From: an uncultured Acidobacteriota bacterium
GTDB lineage: Bacteria; Acidobacteriota; Thermoanaerobaculia; UBA5066; Gp7-AA6
Length of the DNA: 64,000 nucleotides
Assembly: GCA_963764715.1 (NCBI GenBank)
Contig: CAVXTP010000013.1
Span: forward strand, 1 to 64,000
Direction of reading: 5' to 3'
This document shows, piece by piece, positions 27,897 to 37,110 of the stretch; the stretch's first letter is position 1; every line of letters starts with the position of its first letter. A model generated the notes under the pieces. That model was not told where the DNA came from. It did not search any database and saw nothing but the letters and a program-made list of their open reading frames with translations. A program made the position numbers and the translations under genes.

Positions 27897-28402
27897 TGGA
27901 CCTGGCGAGCCGGCGGCTCGCGCTGGCGTTGACCGTCCTCGCGACCATCGCCGCCGACCGGCTGGCGAAGGAGGCCGCGGCGCGGCTGCTGCCCGGCCGG
28001 CCGCCGGTCGAGTGGCTCGGCGGCCTCGTTCGTTTCCCGCTCGTCGAGAATCGCGGCGCGTTTCTTTCCGTCGGGGGCCGGCTGCCGGAGGGAATCCGCT
28101 TGACGCTGCTCGTGGCCGGGGTCGGCCTGGCGCTCCTCGGGGCCCTCGCGGTGCTCCTCGCGCAACGCACGCTCCCGGCGCGGCGCGGCTTCGCCGCGGC
28201 GGTGATCCTCGGCGGAGGCCTCGCGAACTGGCTGGACCGGCTGTCGGACGGGACGGTGACCGACTTCCTCGTCCTCGCGGCGGGCCCGCTTCACACGGGC
28301 GTCTTCAACCTCGCCGACGTGGCGATCGTGGCGGGCGCGCTGGTCTGGCTGCTGCCTACGCGGACAGAACGCTCGCCGGCGTCCCCTTCATCCGGTGCAT
28401 GA
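27896..28402 (+). CDS. lspA: Lipoprotein signal peptidase II
   Basis: ENRGAF, GGLANWLDR, VTDF, GVFNLAD; GTG overlapping upstream TAG. Confidence 0.9.
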   Translation: MDLASRRLALALTVLATIAADRLAKEAAARLLPGRPPVEWLGGLVRFPLVENRGAFLSVGGRLPEGIRLTLLVAGVGLALLGALAVLLAQRTLPARRGFAAAVILGGGLANWLDRLSDGTVTDFLVLAAGPLHTGVFNLADVAIVAGALVWLLPTRTERSPASPSSGA

Positions 28403-28844
28403 GCCGGCCGAGGCGCTTGTTCAGGCCGTGCTTGCGGTCGAGGAACGGGATCGGCGGCGACTGGCGGAACCCCAGGCGCTTGCGCAGCCGCTGCAGCAGG
28501 AAGTTGTCCGGAACGGCCCGCAGGCCGCGGTCGACGGTTTCGATCGCGTCCTTGCGCGACCCGCCGAGCAGGTGAAGCTGGGCGAGGCACCAGTAGATGT
28601 GGGGGTTGCGGGGATCGGCATGCTGGGCTTTCTTGCAGAGCTCGAGGCCGCGCCGCAGCTCCTTCCCGTGCCCGAGGCAGAGGGCGTAGCTCGCCAGGCC
28701 CGAGGCCGGCGCCGCCTCGCCGCGGTTGGTGAAGCGCGCGACGTACGCCGCGAGGAGGGTCGTGGCCCGGGGCCACTGCTCGCGTTTGACCGCTTCCCGG
28801 CCGGATTCGAGCAGTTCTTCCTCGGAGTACTCGTCGAGATCCAT
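28356..28844 (-). CDS. TPR-like protein
   Basis: Helical repeat pattern (CKKAQHADPRNPHIYWCLAQLHL); GGAGGAGG RBS; 3' end overlaps lspA. Confidence 0.75.
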   Translation of the reverse strand: MDLDEYSEEELLESGREAVKREQWPRATTLLAAYVARFTNRGEAAPASGLASYALCLGHGKELRRGLELCKKAQHADPRNPHIYWCLAQLHLLGGSRKDAIETVDRGLRAVPDNFLLQRLRKRLGFRQSPPIPFLDRKHGLNKRLGRLMHRMKGTPASVLSA

Positions 28845-28933
28845 GGAAACGGCCTCCTCCGCCGGCGGACGGCGGTGCTCCATTTTAGGGCATCGGCCGC
28901 CGGGGGGCAAAGGCGGCGGGCCGGCGCGCGTGT

Positions 28934-29534
28934 CTAAGCGGGAGAAGTCGGACGCGCGGCGCTGCGCGAAACGAGAAAACGGCGCACGGTCCGCGCCATC
29001 CACGCCAGGAGGGCGATCGCCAGCACGACGACGGCGGCGGCGACGAGCGCGGCGGCGAGCGGGTACTTCACCGCGAGGAAGAGGAGAAACGCGGTCAGGC
29101 CGTCTTCGGCGAGCGAGGCGGCCCAGTTCGTGACCGGTTCGGGGCTCGTGTTGATGACGGCGCGCGTCGACGCCTTCAGGCCGTGCGCCGAGAGCGCGAC
29201 GCCTCCGCAGACGAGCGCGGCGACGATGCGCCATGGCTCGGGAAGTCCGGAAACGCCGGCCCAGGCGAGCAGCGCCGCGGCGGGGACCCGGATGAACGTG
29301 TGCACGAGGTCCCAGACCGAGTCGACGATCGGGACCTTGTCGGCCAGGAACTCGACGAGGTAGAGCGAGGACGCGACGATGATGACCCACGGGCTCGCGA
29401 GCACGGTGAGTCCCCCGGGCAGCGCGATCACGCCGGAACGGCCGAGGAATCCGAGGACGGCGACGGTCGCGTAGAGCCGGAGGCCGGAGGCGACGGCGGC
29501 GCCGAGCAGGAGGCCGATCAGGCCGACCGAGATT
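28934..29534 (-). CDS. DUF4126-like membrane protein (no canonical start found; start approximate)
   Basis: ASGLRLYATV, EFLADKVPIVDSVWDLVHTFIR, INTSPEPVTNWAASLAED. Confidence 0.8.
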
Positions 29535-29548
29535 TCCGGGGGCGGTGC

Positions 29549-29575
29549 GGCGGCCGCGAGGGCCGCCCCTACGAC
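29549..29575 (-). repeat. GTAG-type REP element (single copy)
   Basis: 27 bp identical to 46437-46463; minus strand GTAGGGGCGGCCCTCGCGGCCGCC. Confidence 0.8.
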
Positions 29576-30054
29576 AATTTTTCCGCCAGGATCTTCGCCG
29601 CCTGGTCGGCACGGAAGTCGGCGAGCTTCTTCGAGAGCTCCGGCCGTTTCCCGGCCAGGATCGCGACCGCGAAGAGCGCGGCATTGACGGCGCCGGGCTT
29701 TCCGATCGCGAAGGTCGCGACCGGGATCCCGCCCGGCATCTGGACGGTCGAGAGCAGGGAGTCGAGGCCCTTGAGGGAGGCGCTCTCCATCGGGACGCCG
29801 AGGACCGGCAGCGTCGTGTGGGCGGCGGCGACCCCCGCGAGGTGGGCGGCCCCGCCGGCCCCCGCGACGAGGACCTCGATCCCGCGGCCGGCCGCGCCCG
29901 TCACGTAGTCTGCGGTCTCCTTCGGCGTGCGGTGCGCGGAGAGCACGCGGCTCTCGCTCGCGACGCCGAACTTCGTCAGCGTCTCGGACACGTTCTTCAT
30001 GACGTCCCAGTCGGACTTGGAGCCCATCAGGATCCCGACGAGGGGCTTCTCCAT
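29569..30054 (-). CDS. purE: N5-CAIR mutase
   Basis: MGSKSDW, SAHRTP, AGAGGAAHLAG, VQMPGGIPVAT. Confidence 0.97.
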   Translation of the reverse strand: MEKPLVGILMGSKSDWDVMKNVSETLTKFGVASESRVLSAHRTPKETADYVTGAAGRGIEVLVAGAGGAAHLAGVAAAHTTLPVLGVPMESASLKGLDSLLSTVQMPGGIPVATFAIGKPGAVNAALFAVAILAGKRPELSKKLADFRADQAAKILAEKLS

Positions 30055-30055
30055 C

Positions 30056-31504
30056 TCACTCTCCCTGGCCGAGCGTGTACCCGCGCTCGCCGTCGTAATG
30101 GTAGAGGCTGAAGGTCTGGGCGACGGCGATCCCGGCGTCGGTCAGCCGGCCGAGCAGCGCCACGACCTCGGTCTGCTTCGCGGCCCCGCCCGAGGCGGCC
30201 ATGTACCGACAGCGGAACTGGTCGCCCCGGAAGGTCTCGGGCATGCCGTCGGGCCACACCTTCATGCCCCGGCTCGTCAGCATCGTCAGGCGGAAGTCGG
30301 GGCCGGCGAGCGGGACGAGCCGGGCGGCGAGGGCGTCGGAGTCCCGGCTCTCCCAGTTGACGTAGATATCGACGCCCCGCAGCTCCCTCACCGGCTCCGG
30401 GCGCGCGGCCTCCGCCGGATACTCGGCCTGCCGCGGCGCGGCCGCGTAGGAGACGGCCTTCAGCTTCTGCGGGCGCCTTCCGACGCGCGCCGCCACGGCC
30501 TCGGCGAACTCCTTCGTGCCGACTTTCTGCTTGCTCACGCCGGCCTCGAAGACGTCGTAGGTGTGGACGCCCTCTTCGAGCGTCGTCAACCAGGCGTTGT
30601 GGACCTTCTCGGCGACGTCGGGCTGGCCGATGTGGACGAGCATCATCACGGCGCCGAGCAGGAGCCCCGACGGGTTGGCCAGGTTCTGTCCGGCGCGGCG
30701 GGGCGCGGACCCGTGGATCGCCTCGAACATCGCGTAGTGGGCGCCGATGTTGGCCGAGCCCGCGAGTCCGACCGAGCCGGCGATCTGGGCCGCGACGTCC
30801 GAGAGGATGTCCCCGTAGAGGTTCGGCATGACGATGACGTCGAAGACCTCGGGGGAGTCGGCGAGCTTGGCCGCGCCGATGTCCACGATCCAGTGCTCCT
30901 TCTCGATGTCCGGATAGTCCTTCCCGATCTGGTCGAAGACGGCGTGGAAGAGGCCGTCCGTCATCTTCATGATGTTGTCTTTGCTGAAGCAGGTCACCTT
31001 CTTGCGGTTGTTGCGCCGCGCGTACTCGAAGGCATAGCGGACGATCTTCTCCGAGCCCGGCCGGGTGATGAGCTTCAGGCACTCGTACACGCTGGAGGAG
31101 ATGCGGTACTCGACGCCCGCGTAGAGGTCTTCCTCGTTCTCGCGGACGATGACGACGTCCATGACGGGATGCTTCGTCGCGACGAACGGGTGGTACGAGA
31201 CGCACGGCCGCACGTTGGCGTAGAGGCCGAGGGTCTTGCGCGTCGTGACGTTGAGGCTCTTGAAGCCTCCCCCCTGGGGCGTGGTGATCGGCGCCTTGAG
31301 AAACACCTTCGTCCGCTCGAGCGATTCCCAGGCCGACGGCTCGATGCCCGCGGTATTGCCCGCGAGGTAGACCTTCTCGCCGATCTCGATCTCCTCGACC
31401 GCGATGCGGGCGCCGGCCGCCTTCAGGATGTGGAGGGTGGCCTCCATGATCTCGGGGCCGATGCCGTCGCCGCGCGCGACCGTGATGGGTACTACGTTCG
31501 ACAT
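30056..31504 (-). CDS. icd: Isocitrate dehydrogenase (long form with C-terminal extension)
   Basis: GDGIGPEI, KAPITTPQGGGFKSLNV, KDNIMKMTDGLF, NLYGDILSD, EAIHGSAP. Confidence 0.93.
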   Translation of the reverse strand: MSNVVPITVARGDGIGPEIMEATLHILKAAGARIAVEEIEIGEKVYLAGNTAGIEPSAWESLERTKVFLKAPITTPQGGGFKSLNVTTRKTLGLYANVRPCVSYHPFVATKHPVMDVVIVRENEEDLYAGVEYRISSSVYECLKLITRPGSEKIVRYAFEYARRNNRKKVTCFSKDNIMKMTDGLFHAVFDQIGKDYPDIEKEHWIVDIGAAKLADSPEVFDVIVMPNLYGDILSDVAAQIAGSVGLAGSANIGAHYAMFEAIHGSAPRRAGQNLANPSGLLLGAVMMLVHIGQPDVAEKVHNAWLTTLEEGVHTYDVFEAGVSKQKVGTKEFAEAVAARVGRRPQKLKAVSYAAAPRQAEYPAEAARPEPVRELRGVDIYVNWESRDSDALAARLVPLAGPDFRLTMLTSRGMKVWPDGMPETFRGDQFRCRYMAASGGAAKQTEVVALLGRLTDAGIAVAQTFSLYHYDGERGYTLGQGE

Positions 31505-31575
31505 GCGTTCGTCCGCCTCCGCGTTTCGGATTCGGCGCACCGGCGCCGGCGAGCACGGAACCTTATCATCGGGGC

Positions 31576-32343
31576 GTGGATTCGGACACGCTCGGCGCCG
31601 GGGTGCGCGCGCTCGCCGCGCGCCTGCGGGAGAGGCCCCGGATCACCGTCGTCACCGGGGCCGGGGTCTCGGCGGCGAGCGGGATCCCGACGTTTCGGGG
31701 CGAGGGCGGCCTGTGGCGGAACTTTCGAGCGGAGGACCTCGCCACGCCCGAGGCTTTCGAGCGCGATGCGCTCCTCGTGTGGGAGTGGTACGCGTGGCGC
31801 CGCGAGCTCGTGGGGCGGGCGCGTCCCAACCGCGCGCACGAGGTCCTCGCCGCGTGGAGCCGCCGCTACCCGGGGTTCTCTCTCGTCACGCAGAACGTCG
31901 ACGGCCTCCACGAGCGCGCCGGGACCGCGAACGTGACGCGTTTCCACGGTTCGCTCTGGATGCTCTCGTGCCGGGACCGCTGCGGGAAGTCTCCTCAGGA
32001 GGGCTGGGAGGACACGGGGCCGCTGACCGAGCTTCCGCCCCGCTGCCCGCACTGCGGCGGGCTCGCGCGGCCGGGAGTCGTCTGGTTCGGAGAGGCCATC
32101 CCGGCCGGGGCCCTGCGCGCCGCCGCGGCGGCCGTCGACTGCGACCTCTTTCTCGCCGTGGGGACCTCGGCGCTCGTCCATCCCGCGGCCGGGCTGATCG
32201 GGGAGGCGGCCGCCCGCGGCGCGTTCACCGTCGAGGTGAATCCCGATGCCACTCCCGCATCGGGGCTCGTCGACCTCGTCCTGGCCGGGCCCGCCGAGAC
32301 GGTCCTCGACCGCGTCGAGCGGGAGCTCGGGCCGGCCGGATAG
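31576..32343 (+). CDS. cobB: NAD-dependent deacylase (class III sirtuin)
   Basis: GAGVSAASGIPTFRG, WYAWRR (YxxR), QNVDGLH, HGS, CPHCGG, RPGVVWFGE. Confidence 0.93.
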   Translation: MDSDTLGAGVRALAARLRERPRITVVTGAGVSAASGIPTFRGEGGLWRNFRAEDLATPEAFERDALLVWEWYAWRRELVGRARPNRAHEVLAAWSRRYPGFSLVTQNVDGLHERAGTANVTRFHGSLWMLSCRDRCGKSPQEGWEDTGPLTELPPRCPHCGGLARPGVVWFGEAIPAGALRAAAAAVDCDLFLAVGTSALVHPAAGLIGEAAARGAFTVEVNPDATPASGLVDLVLAGPAETVLDRVERELGPAG

Positions 32344-32405
32344 GGCCCGCCACCCCGGCCGCCCTTGACGCCCCCGGCGCCGTTTGGGGGTATCCTTGGA
32401 GGTCG

Positions 32406-33326
32406 GTGAAAAAAGTCCTCTGGGTCGTCCTGGCGGTGGGAATCGCTTTGGCCGGGGCGTGGGGGTATGGGGAGCTCGTTCGTCACGAGAACGACACGGG
32501 CCAGCCCATCCGCCTGCTCGCGGTCGCCGAGGAACAGAGCCTTTCGCTCTCGTTCTCCCGCAAGGGCCGGCTGACGACACGCGTCCCCGAAGAGGGCGAA
32601 GCGATCGCGCGCGGCCAGGAAGTCGCGCGGATCGAGGAGCCCGGCCTGTCCGAGGACGCCTCCGACCTCGAGCGGCAGATCGCCCAGGTCCAGGCCCGCG
32701 ACCGGACGCGGCTCCAGGAGATCGAGAAGCTCAAGGCGCAGTTCGCGGCGGTGGCCTCGGACGAGCGGCGCATCGGCCGTCTCGTCAAGGAAGGGGTCTC
32801 CCCGACGGCCGGCCTCGAAGCCCTCCAGCACCAGCGCGAGGCGATCGCCGCGGACATCCGGGCGCGCGAGTCGGAGGAGGGACAGCTCGACGCCGAGGAG
32901 CAGTCGCTCAAGGTCCGGCTCGAGAAGATCCGCGTCTTCGAGAAGGAAGGCATCCTCGCGTCGCCTTCGGCCGGCACGGTCCTGACGCGGCACCGGCGGA
33001 TGGGCGAGTGGGTCGAGCCGGGCCAGGCGATCGTCACGCTGCAGATCGAGGCGCCCTACCTTCGCGTCGAGGTCCCGGAGGAGCGCCTCTCGAGCTTCAC
33101 CGTCGGCAAGACCGTCACCGTCTGGCCGCAGGCGCGCCCCAACGCGCGCTTCCAGGCGCGCATCGTCTCGATCAAGCCGCGCTCGGAGTACGCGACACGC
33201 AAGAACTGGGGCCTCCAGAGCCGCGACCTCCAGACCTTCTCCGTTCGGCTCCAGCCCCTCGACGCCCCGGTCGTCTCCGGCCAGACCTTCGTCGTGGAAG
33301 CCGGAAGCGAGACGCCGAGGGCGTGA
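32406..33326 (+). CDS. HlyD-family membrane fusion protein
   Basis: N-terminal TM, coiled-coil, SPSAGTV...GEWVEPGQAIV; GGAGG RBS. Confidence 0.85.
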   Translation: MKKVLWVVLAVGIALAGAWGYGELVRHENDTGQPIRLLAVAEEQSLSLSFSRKGRLTTRVPEEGEAIARGQEVARIEEPGLSEDASDLERQIAQVQARDRTRLQEIEKLKAQFAAVASDERRIGRLVKEGVSPTAGLEALQHQREAIAADIRARESEEGQLDAEEQSLKVRLEKIRVFEKEGILASPSAGTVLTRHRRMGEWVEPGQAIVTLQIEAPYLRVEVPEERLSSFTVGKTVTVWPQARPNARFQARIVSIKPRSEYATRKNWGLQSRDLQTFSVRLQPLDAPVVSGQTFVVEAGSETPRA

Positions 33327-34279
33327 GCTCGACCCCGGCGATCGAGGTCGAGCGACTGACCAAGCGCTTCGGCGAGGCCGTCGCCGACGACGAGGTGTCC
33401 TTCCACGTCTCGCCCGGCGAGATCTTCGGCCTCCTCGGGCCCAACGGCGCCGGCAAGACCACGCTGATCCGGATGCTGACGACGCTGCTGCCGCCGACCT
33501 CGGGCACGGCCCGGATCGAGGGACTCGACATCATCCGGGAGCGCTCGGCCGTCCGCCGGACGATCGGCACGGTCTCGCAGGCCCAGACGACCGACGAGAA
33601 CCTCACGGTCCGGGAGAACCTCGCGGTCCAGGGAAAGATGTACGGCCTCTCGGGCCGGACGCTCTCGGGGCGCATCGAGAAGCGCCTCCACCAGGTCGGG
33701 CTCTGGGAGCGCCGGAACCAGTCCGCCCGCGAGCTCTCGGGCGGCATGCGCCGGCGCCTGGAGATCGCCCGCGGCGTGCTCCACGCCCCGCGCGTCCTCT
33801 TCCTCGACGAGCCGACGACCGGCCTCGATCCGCAGAGCCGGCGCTCCATCTGGGACATGTTCGACGACATGCGCGAGCGCGACCCGGAGCTCGCGATCAT
33901 CCTCACGACGCACGCGATGGAGGAGGCCGACTTCCTCTGCGACCGCGTGGCGATCATGGACCGCGGCAAGGTGCTCTGCGAGGACACTCCCCAGGCCCTC
34001 AAGCACGGCCTCGAGACGGGCGAGCGGATCGAGCTCGCGACCGACCGCGAGATCGCGGCGGCCGAGCGCGAGGCGATGACGGCGGCGGGGGCGGCGCAGC
34101 TGCGCTTCCAGTCCGGCAGCGTCGCGCACTTCTTCGCGCGGCCGGGGGAGGGGACCGGCCGGAAGGTCGCGCGGCTCCTCGAGGATCGCGGCTACCACAT
34201 CGTCCACCTCTCGATCGCCCTCGTCACGCTCGAGGACGTCTTCTTCGCCTACACGGGCCGGGCGCTGCGCGAGGCATGA
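33323..34279 (+). CDS. ABC-2 exporter ATP-binding protein
   Basis: GPNGAGKTT, LSGGM, LDEPTTGLDP. Confidence 0.93.
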   Translation: MSSTPAIEVERLTKRFGEAVADDEVSFHVSPGEIFGLLGPNGAGKTTLIRMLTTLLPPTSGTARIEGLDIIRERSAVRRTIGTVSQAQTTDENLTVRENLAVQGKMYGLSGRTLSGRIEKRLHQVGLWERRNQSARELSGGMRRRLEIARGVLHAPRVLFLDEPTTGLDPQSRRSIWDMFDDMRERDPELAIILTTHAMEEADFLCDRVAIMDRGKVLCEDTPQALKHGLETGERIELATDREIAAAEREAMTAAGAAQLRFQSGSVAHFFARPGEGTGRKVARLLEDRGYHIVHLSIALVTLEDVFFAYTGRALREA

Positions 34280-35412
34280 AGCGCGCGCGCAGGGAACGCC
34301 CGCCGGCGCGCGGGCTGCGGCTGGCCCTCCTCGGGATGGCCGCGATCGGCCAGCGCGCCTTCCTGACGCTCTGGCGCCAGCCGGTCCTCGTCGTCTCGAC
34401 GATGGTCTTCCCGATCGTCTACCTGCTCGTCCTCGGCAACGCGATGAATCGCCCGCTCGAGGGCGTCCCGCTCGCCGTCGTCGACGAGGCCGGGAATGCC
34501 TGGTCGGCCGAGTGCCGGCGCGGCGTGCTGGCGCTCCAGTCCGGGCGCCGCCTCGTCGAGGCGACCTTCCTCGGGGACCGCGCCTCGGCGATCGAGGGCC
34601 TGCGGCGCAACCGCTACCGCGGCGTCTGGGTGCTGCCCTTCGGCCTCGCGCCGAACGGGCCCGCGCCCTCCTTCATCGGCGACAACACGGACCGCTTCTC
34701 CTACGACACGCTCCAGTCCGCGCTCGCGCAGATCTGGCAGGAGGTCGCGGCCCCGAAGGACGTGCCGCCGTCGGCGCCGCCGGTCCGGCTCGAGGCCTAT
34801 CCCTACCTCGACTACCTGACCTATCTCGGCCCGGCGGTCGTCTGCCTCGCGATCTTCATGGGGTCCATGGTCTCGGGCGGCCTCCAGGTCCTGGAGGACC
34901 GGATGTTCGGGTACCACGAGGGATACCTCGTCACGCCGATCACGACCGGGACCCTCGTCGCCGGGCACATCCTCGCGGGGGCGATCGTCGCGTCGATCGC
35001 GGGCGGGCTCGTGCTCGCCGGCATTCTCTTCCTGACGCCCCTTCCGCCCGTCGGCGGGCGCAACGTCGCCGCCGCGCTGCTGACGATCTTCCTGACCTCG
35101 CTCGCGATCGCGGCCCTGTGGTTCCTGCTCTTCGCGCGGGCGCGGAGCGCGAGCCTGCTGCGCGGGATGTTCGGCATCATCAACGTGCTGCTCTTCTTTC
35201 CCTCGGGCGCTCTCTACCCGATCGAGTCCTACCCGCCGTGGCTCGCGAAGGTCTCGGCGATCGACCCGCTGACGTACGGCGTGCGCTCGCTCCGCAACCT
35301 GCTCCTGCGCGGCGCCGAGCCCGCCGCCTCCTACGCGGACTGGGTCTTTCTCGCGACGTTCACTCTCGTCGCCGGCGTGCTCACGAAGGTGCTGTTCCGG
35401 CGCGAAGTGTAG
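34276..35412 (+). CDS. ABC-2 exporter permease
   Basis: Multi-TM; FPSGALYPIESYPPWL...PLTYGV. Confidence 0.9.
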   Translation: MKRARRERPPARGLRLALLGMAAIGQRAFLTLWRQPVLVVSTMVFPIVYLLVLGNAMNRPLEGVPLAVVDEAGNAWSAECRRGVLALQSGRRLVEATFLGDRASAIEGLRRNRYRGVWVLPFGLAPNGPAPSFIGDNTDRFSYDTLQSALAQIWQEVAAPKDVPPSAPPVRLEAYPYLDYLTYLGPAVVCLAIFMGSMVSGGLQVLEDRMFGYHEGYLVTPITTGTLVAGHILAGAIVASIAGGLVLAGILFLTPLPPVGGRNVAAALLTIFLTSLAIAALWFLLFARARSASLLRGMFGIINVLLFFPSGALYPIESYPPWLAKVSAIDPLTYGVRSLRNLLLRGAEPAASYADWVFLATFTLVAGVLTKVLFRREV

Positions 35413-36694
35413 GGGGGGCCGGACGCGCCCCGGCGGCCGCCGCGAGCGCGAGGCAGAGCAGGGGCGTCAGGAGAAGCCGGGCGGCGGACCACCGGATCCA
35501 GAGCGTGGGGTCGGCCGGCAGCGTCGCGTACATGTAAACCATGAACGCCAGGAACCCGGCGGCGGTCGCGAGGAGAAGGCCGAGGTCCCGGGAGCGCGAT
35601 CCGAGGCCGATCAGGACGGCCACCACGATCCACGGCGCGAAGGCCGCGCCGTAGGCGCCTTCCTGGACGATCGTCCTCAGAATGGCCGGGCCGCTCTCGA
35701 GACGGAGAGCGGCGTGGTCACGGAGCCGGTAGACGTCGAGGAGACCGTGGGCGCGGCCGAAGGCGATCCACGACGCGAGGGCGGCGAGGCAGGGCAGGCC
35801 CAGGACGGCCGCCGCGCGCCAGCGGCGCCCGCCCGGACCGAAGAGGACGAATCCGAGGATCACGATGGCGGCGAAGGGCGTGCCTTCCACCTTCGTGAGC
35901 ACGGCGCCCGTGAGGCCGACGGCGGCCGCCGCGAGGCCCCCGGCGCGGTCGCCAGCGAAGACGATCGCCGAGAGGCTCAGGACCTCGAAGTAGACCAGGA
36001 GCGGATCGGCGTTCCCCGCGGTGAGCGTCTCGACGAAGACGAAGCCGAGGAGAGCGGCGAGGAGGGCCGTGTGCTCCGCGGCCGACCGGCGCCCGAGCGA
36101 CGGGCGGGCGAATCCGTAGAAGGTCAGGAGCGAGAGGCCCAGGAAGAGCGGCATCGAGAGCATCGCGGCGCCCCAGGCGAAGCGGCCGGCCACGAGGGCC
36201 GCCCAGGCGTCGAGCAGCGTGAGCATCGGCGGGTAGTCCGTGTGCATGAGCAGGTGCATCGGGTCGCGCAGGAAGGCGACGTCGATTCCCCGGGCCGCGG
36301 CGAACCGCTCGCCCTTGGCGCCCCAGAAGAGAAGCAGGTCCGAGGACGTCGCCCGCGCCGTCGCGGCGGCGTAGGCCGCGGCGAGCCAGGCGAGCGACGC
36401 GGCGCCGATCGCCGGCCACGGGAGCGGCTCGGCGGCGGGAGCGGCCGGCGGGCGCCGCGCGTTCGGGCGCCACACGACGGCCAGGACGGCGAACGGCGCC
36501 AGCAGCAGCGCAACGGACCAGCGGATCCCGACGACGGAGAGGAGGAACATCTCGGCGCAGAGAAGAAGCGCGCCGAGCGCTCCGGCCGTGCCGATCGTCG
36601 CGGCGGCGTTCGGCATCGCGAGGAAGCGCCGGGCGAGGGGAAGGCCGAGCAGCGGCAGCGCCGCGAGCGCGAGGATGAAGAGCAGGCCGGTCAA
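35381..36694 (-). CDS. Polytopic membrane protein, GT-C-fold glycosyltransferase-like
   Basis: About 12 hydrophobic segments; SDLLLFWGAK...HTDYPP, TKVEG; TTG start overlapping upstream TGA. Confidence 0.6.
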   Translation of the reverse strand: MTGLLFILALAALPLLGLPLARRFLAMPNAAATIGTAGALGALLLCAEMFLLSVVGIRWSVALLLAPFAVLAVVWRPNARRPPAAPAAEPLPWPAIGAASLAWLAAAYAAATARATSSDLLLFWGAKGERFAAARGIDVAFLRDPMHLLMHTDYPPMLTLLDAWAALVAGRFAWGAAMLSMPLFLGLSLLTFYGFARPSLGRRSAAEHTALLAALLGFVFVETLTAGNADPLLVYFEVLSLSAIVFAGDRAGGLAAAAVGLTGAVLTKVEGTPFAAIVILGFVLFGPGGRRWRAAAVLGLPCLAALASWIAFGRAHGLLDVYRLRDHAALRLESGPAILRTIVQEGAYGAAFAPWIVVAVLIGLGSRSRDLGLLLATAAGFLAFMVYMYATLPADPTLWIRWSAARLLLTPLLCLALAAAAGARPAPPTLRAGTAPS

Positions 36695-37101
36695 GGCCGT
36701 CTCCGGAAGAGCGCTCCGGCGGGGAAGGATTCCGCGAGCTCGAAGCGAGGATCGCGGAAAGGCGTGCCGACGCTGACGACCCAGTCGGGGGCGGGGTCGG
36801 CCGTCGGGGCGAGGGCGTGCGGGCCGAGGACGGTCTGTCCGGGCAGTTGCCCGACGGCGAGGAGGTAGGGCACGAACCCGGCGTCGGCCGGAGAGACCAC
36901 GGCGACCGTCGCTCCCCGCGGAAGGCGCCGCCGAGCGGCTTGCAGGAGGAGGAGGTACGGCTCGGACGCCCGCATCACCGGGACCGCGTGGGAGACGACG
37001 GTGGCGGGCGCGGCGAACGAGAGCGGGCCGCGGGCCAGAACTTCCCGGCCGAGCAGCCCGACGAGAACCGCCCATCCGGCCCACCTCGCCGCCCGGAGCA
37101 T
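36691..37101 (-). CDS. Hypothetical membrane-anchored protein
   Basis: N-terminal hydrophobic segment; tightly packed between pilT and next gene. Confidence 0.6.
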   Translation of the reverse strand: MLRAARWAGWAVLVGLLGREVLARGPLSFAAPATVVSHAVPVMRASEPYLLLLQAARRRLPRGATVAVVSPADAGFVPYLLAVGQLPGQTVLGPHALAPTADPAPDWVVSVGTPFRDPRFELAESFPAGALFRRRP

Positions 37102-37110
37102 CGCGGCGAC

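Noticed and set aside
10554-28402. Stress cluster as a mobile genomic island
   Set aside because: No integrase, transposase, tRNA or flanking direct repeats seen, so mobility is unsupported.
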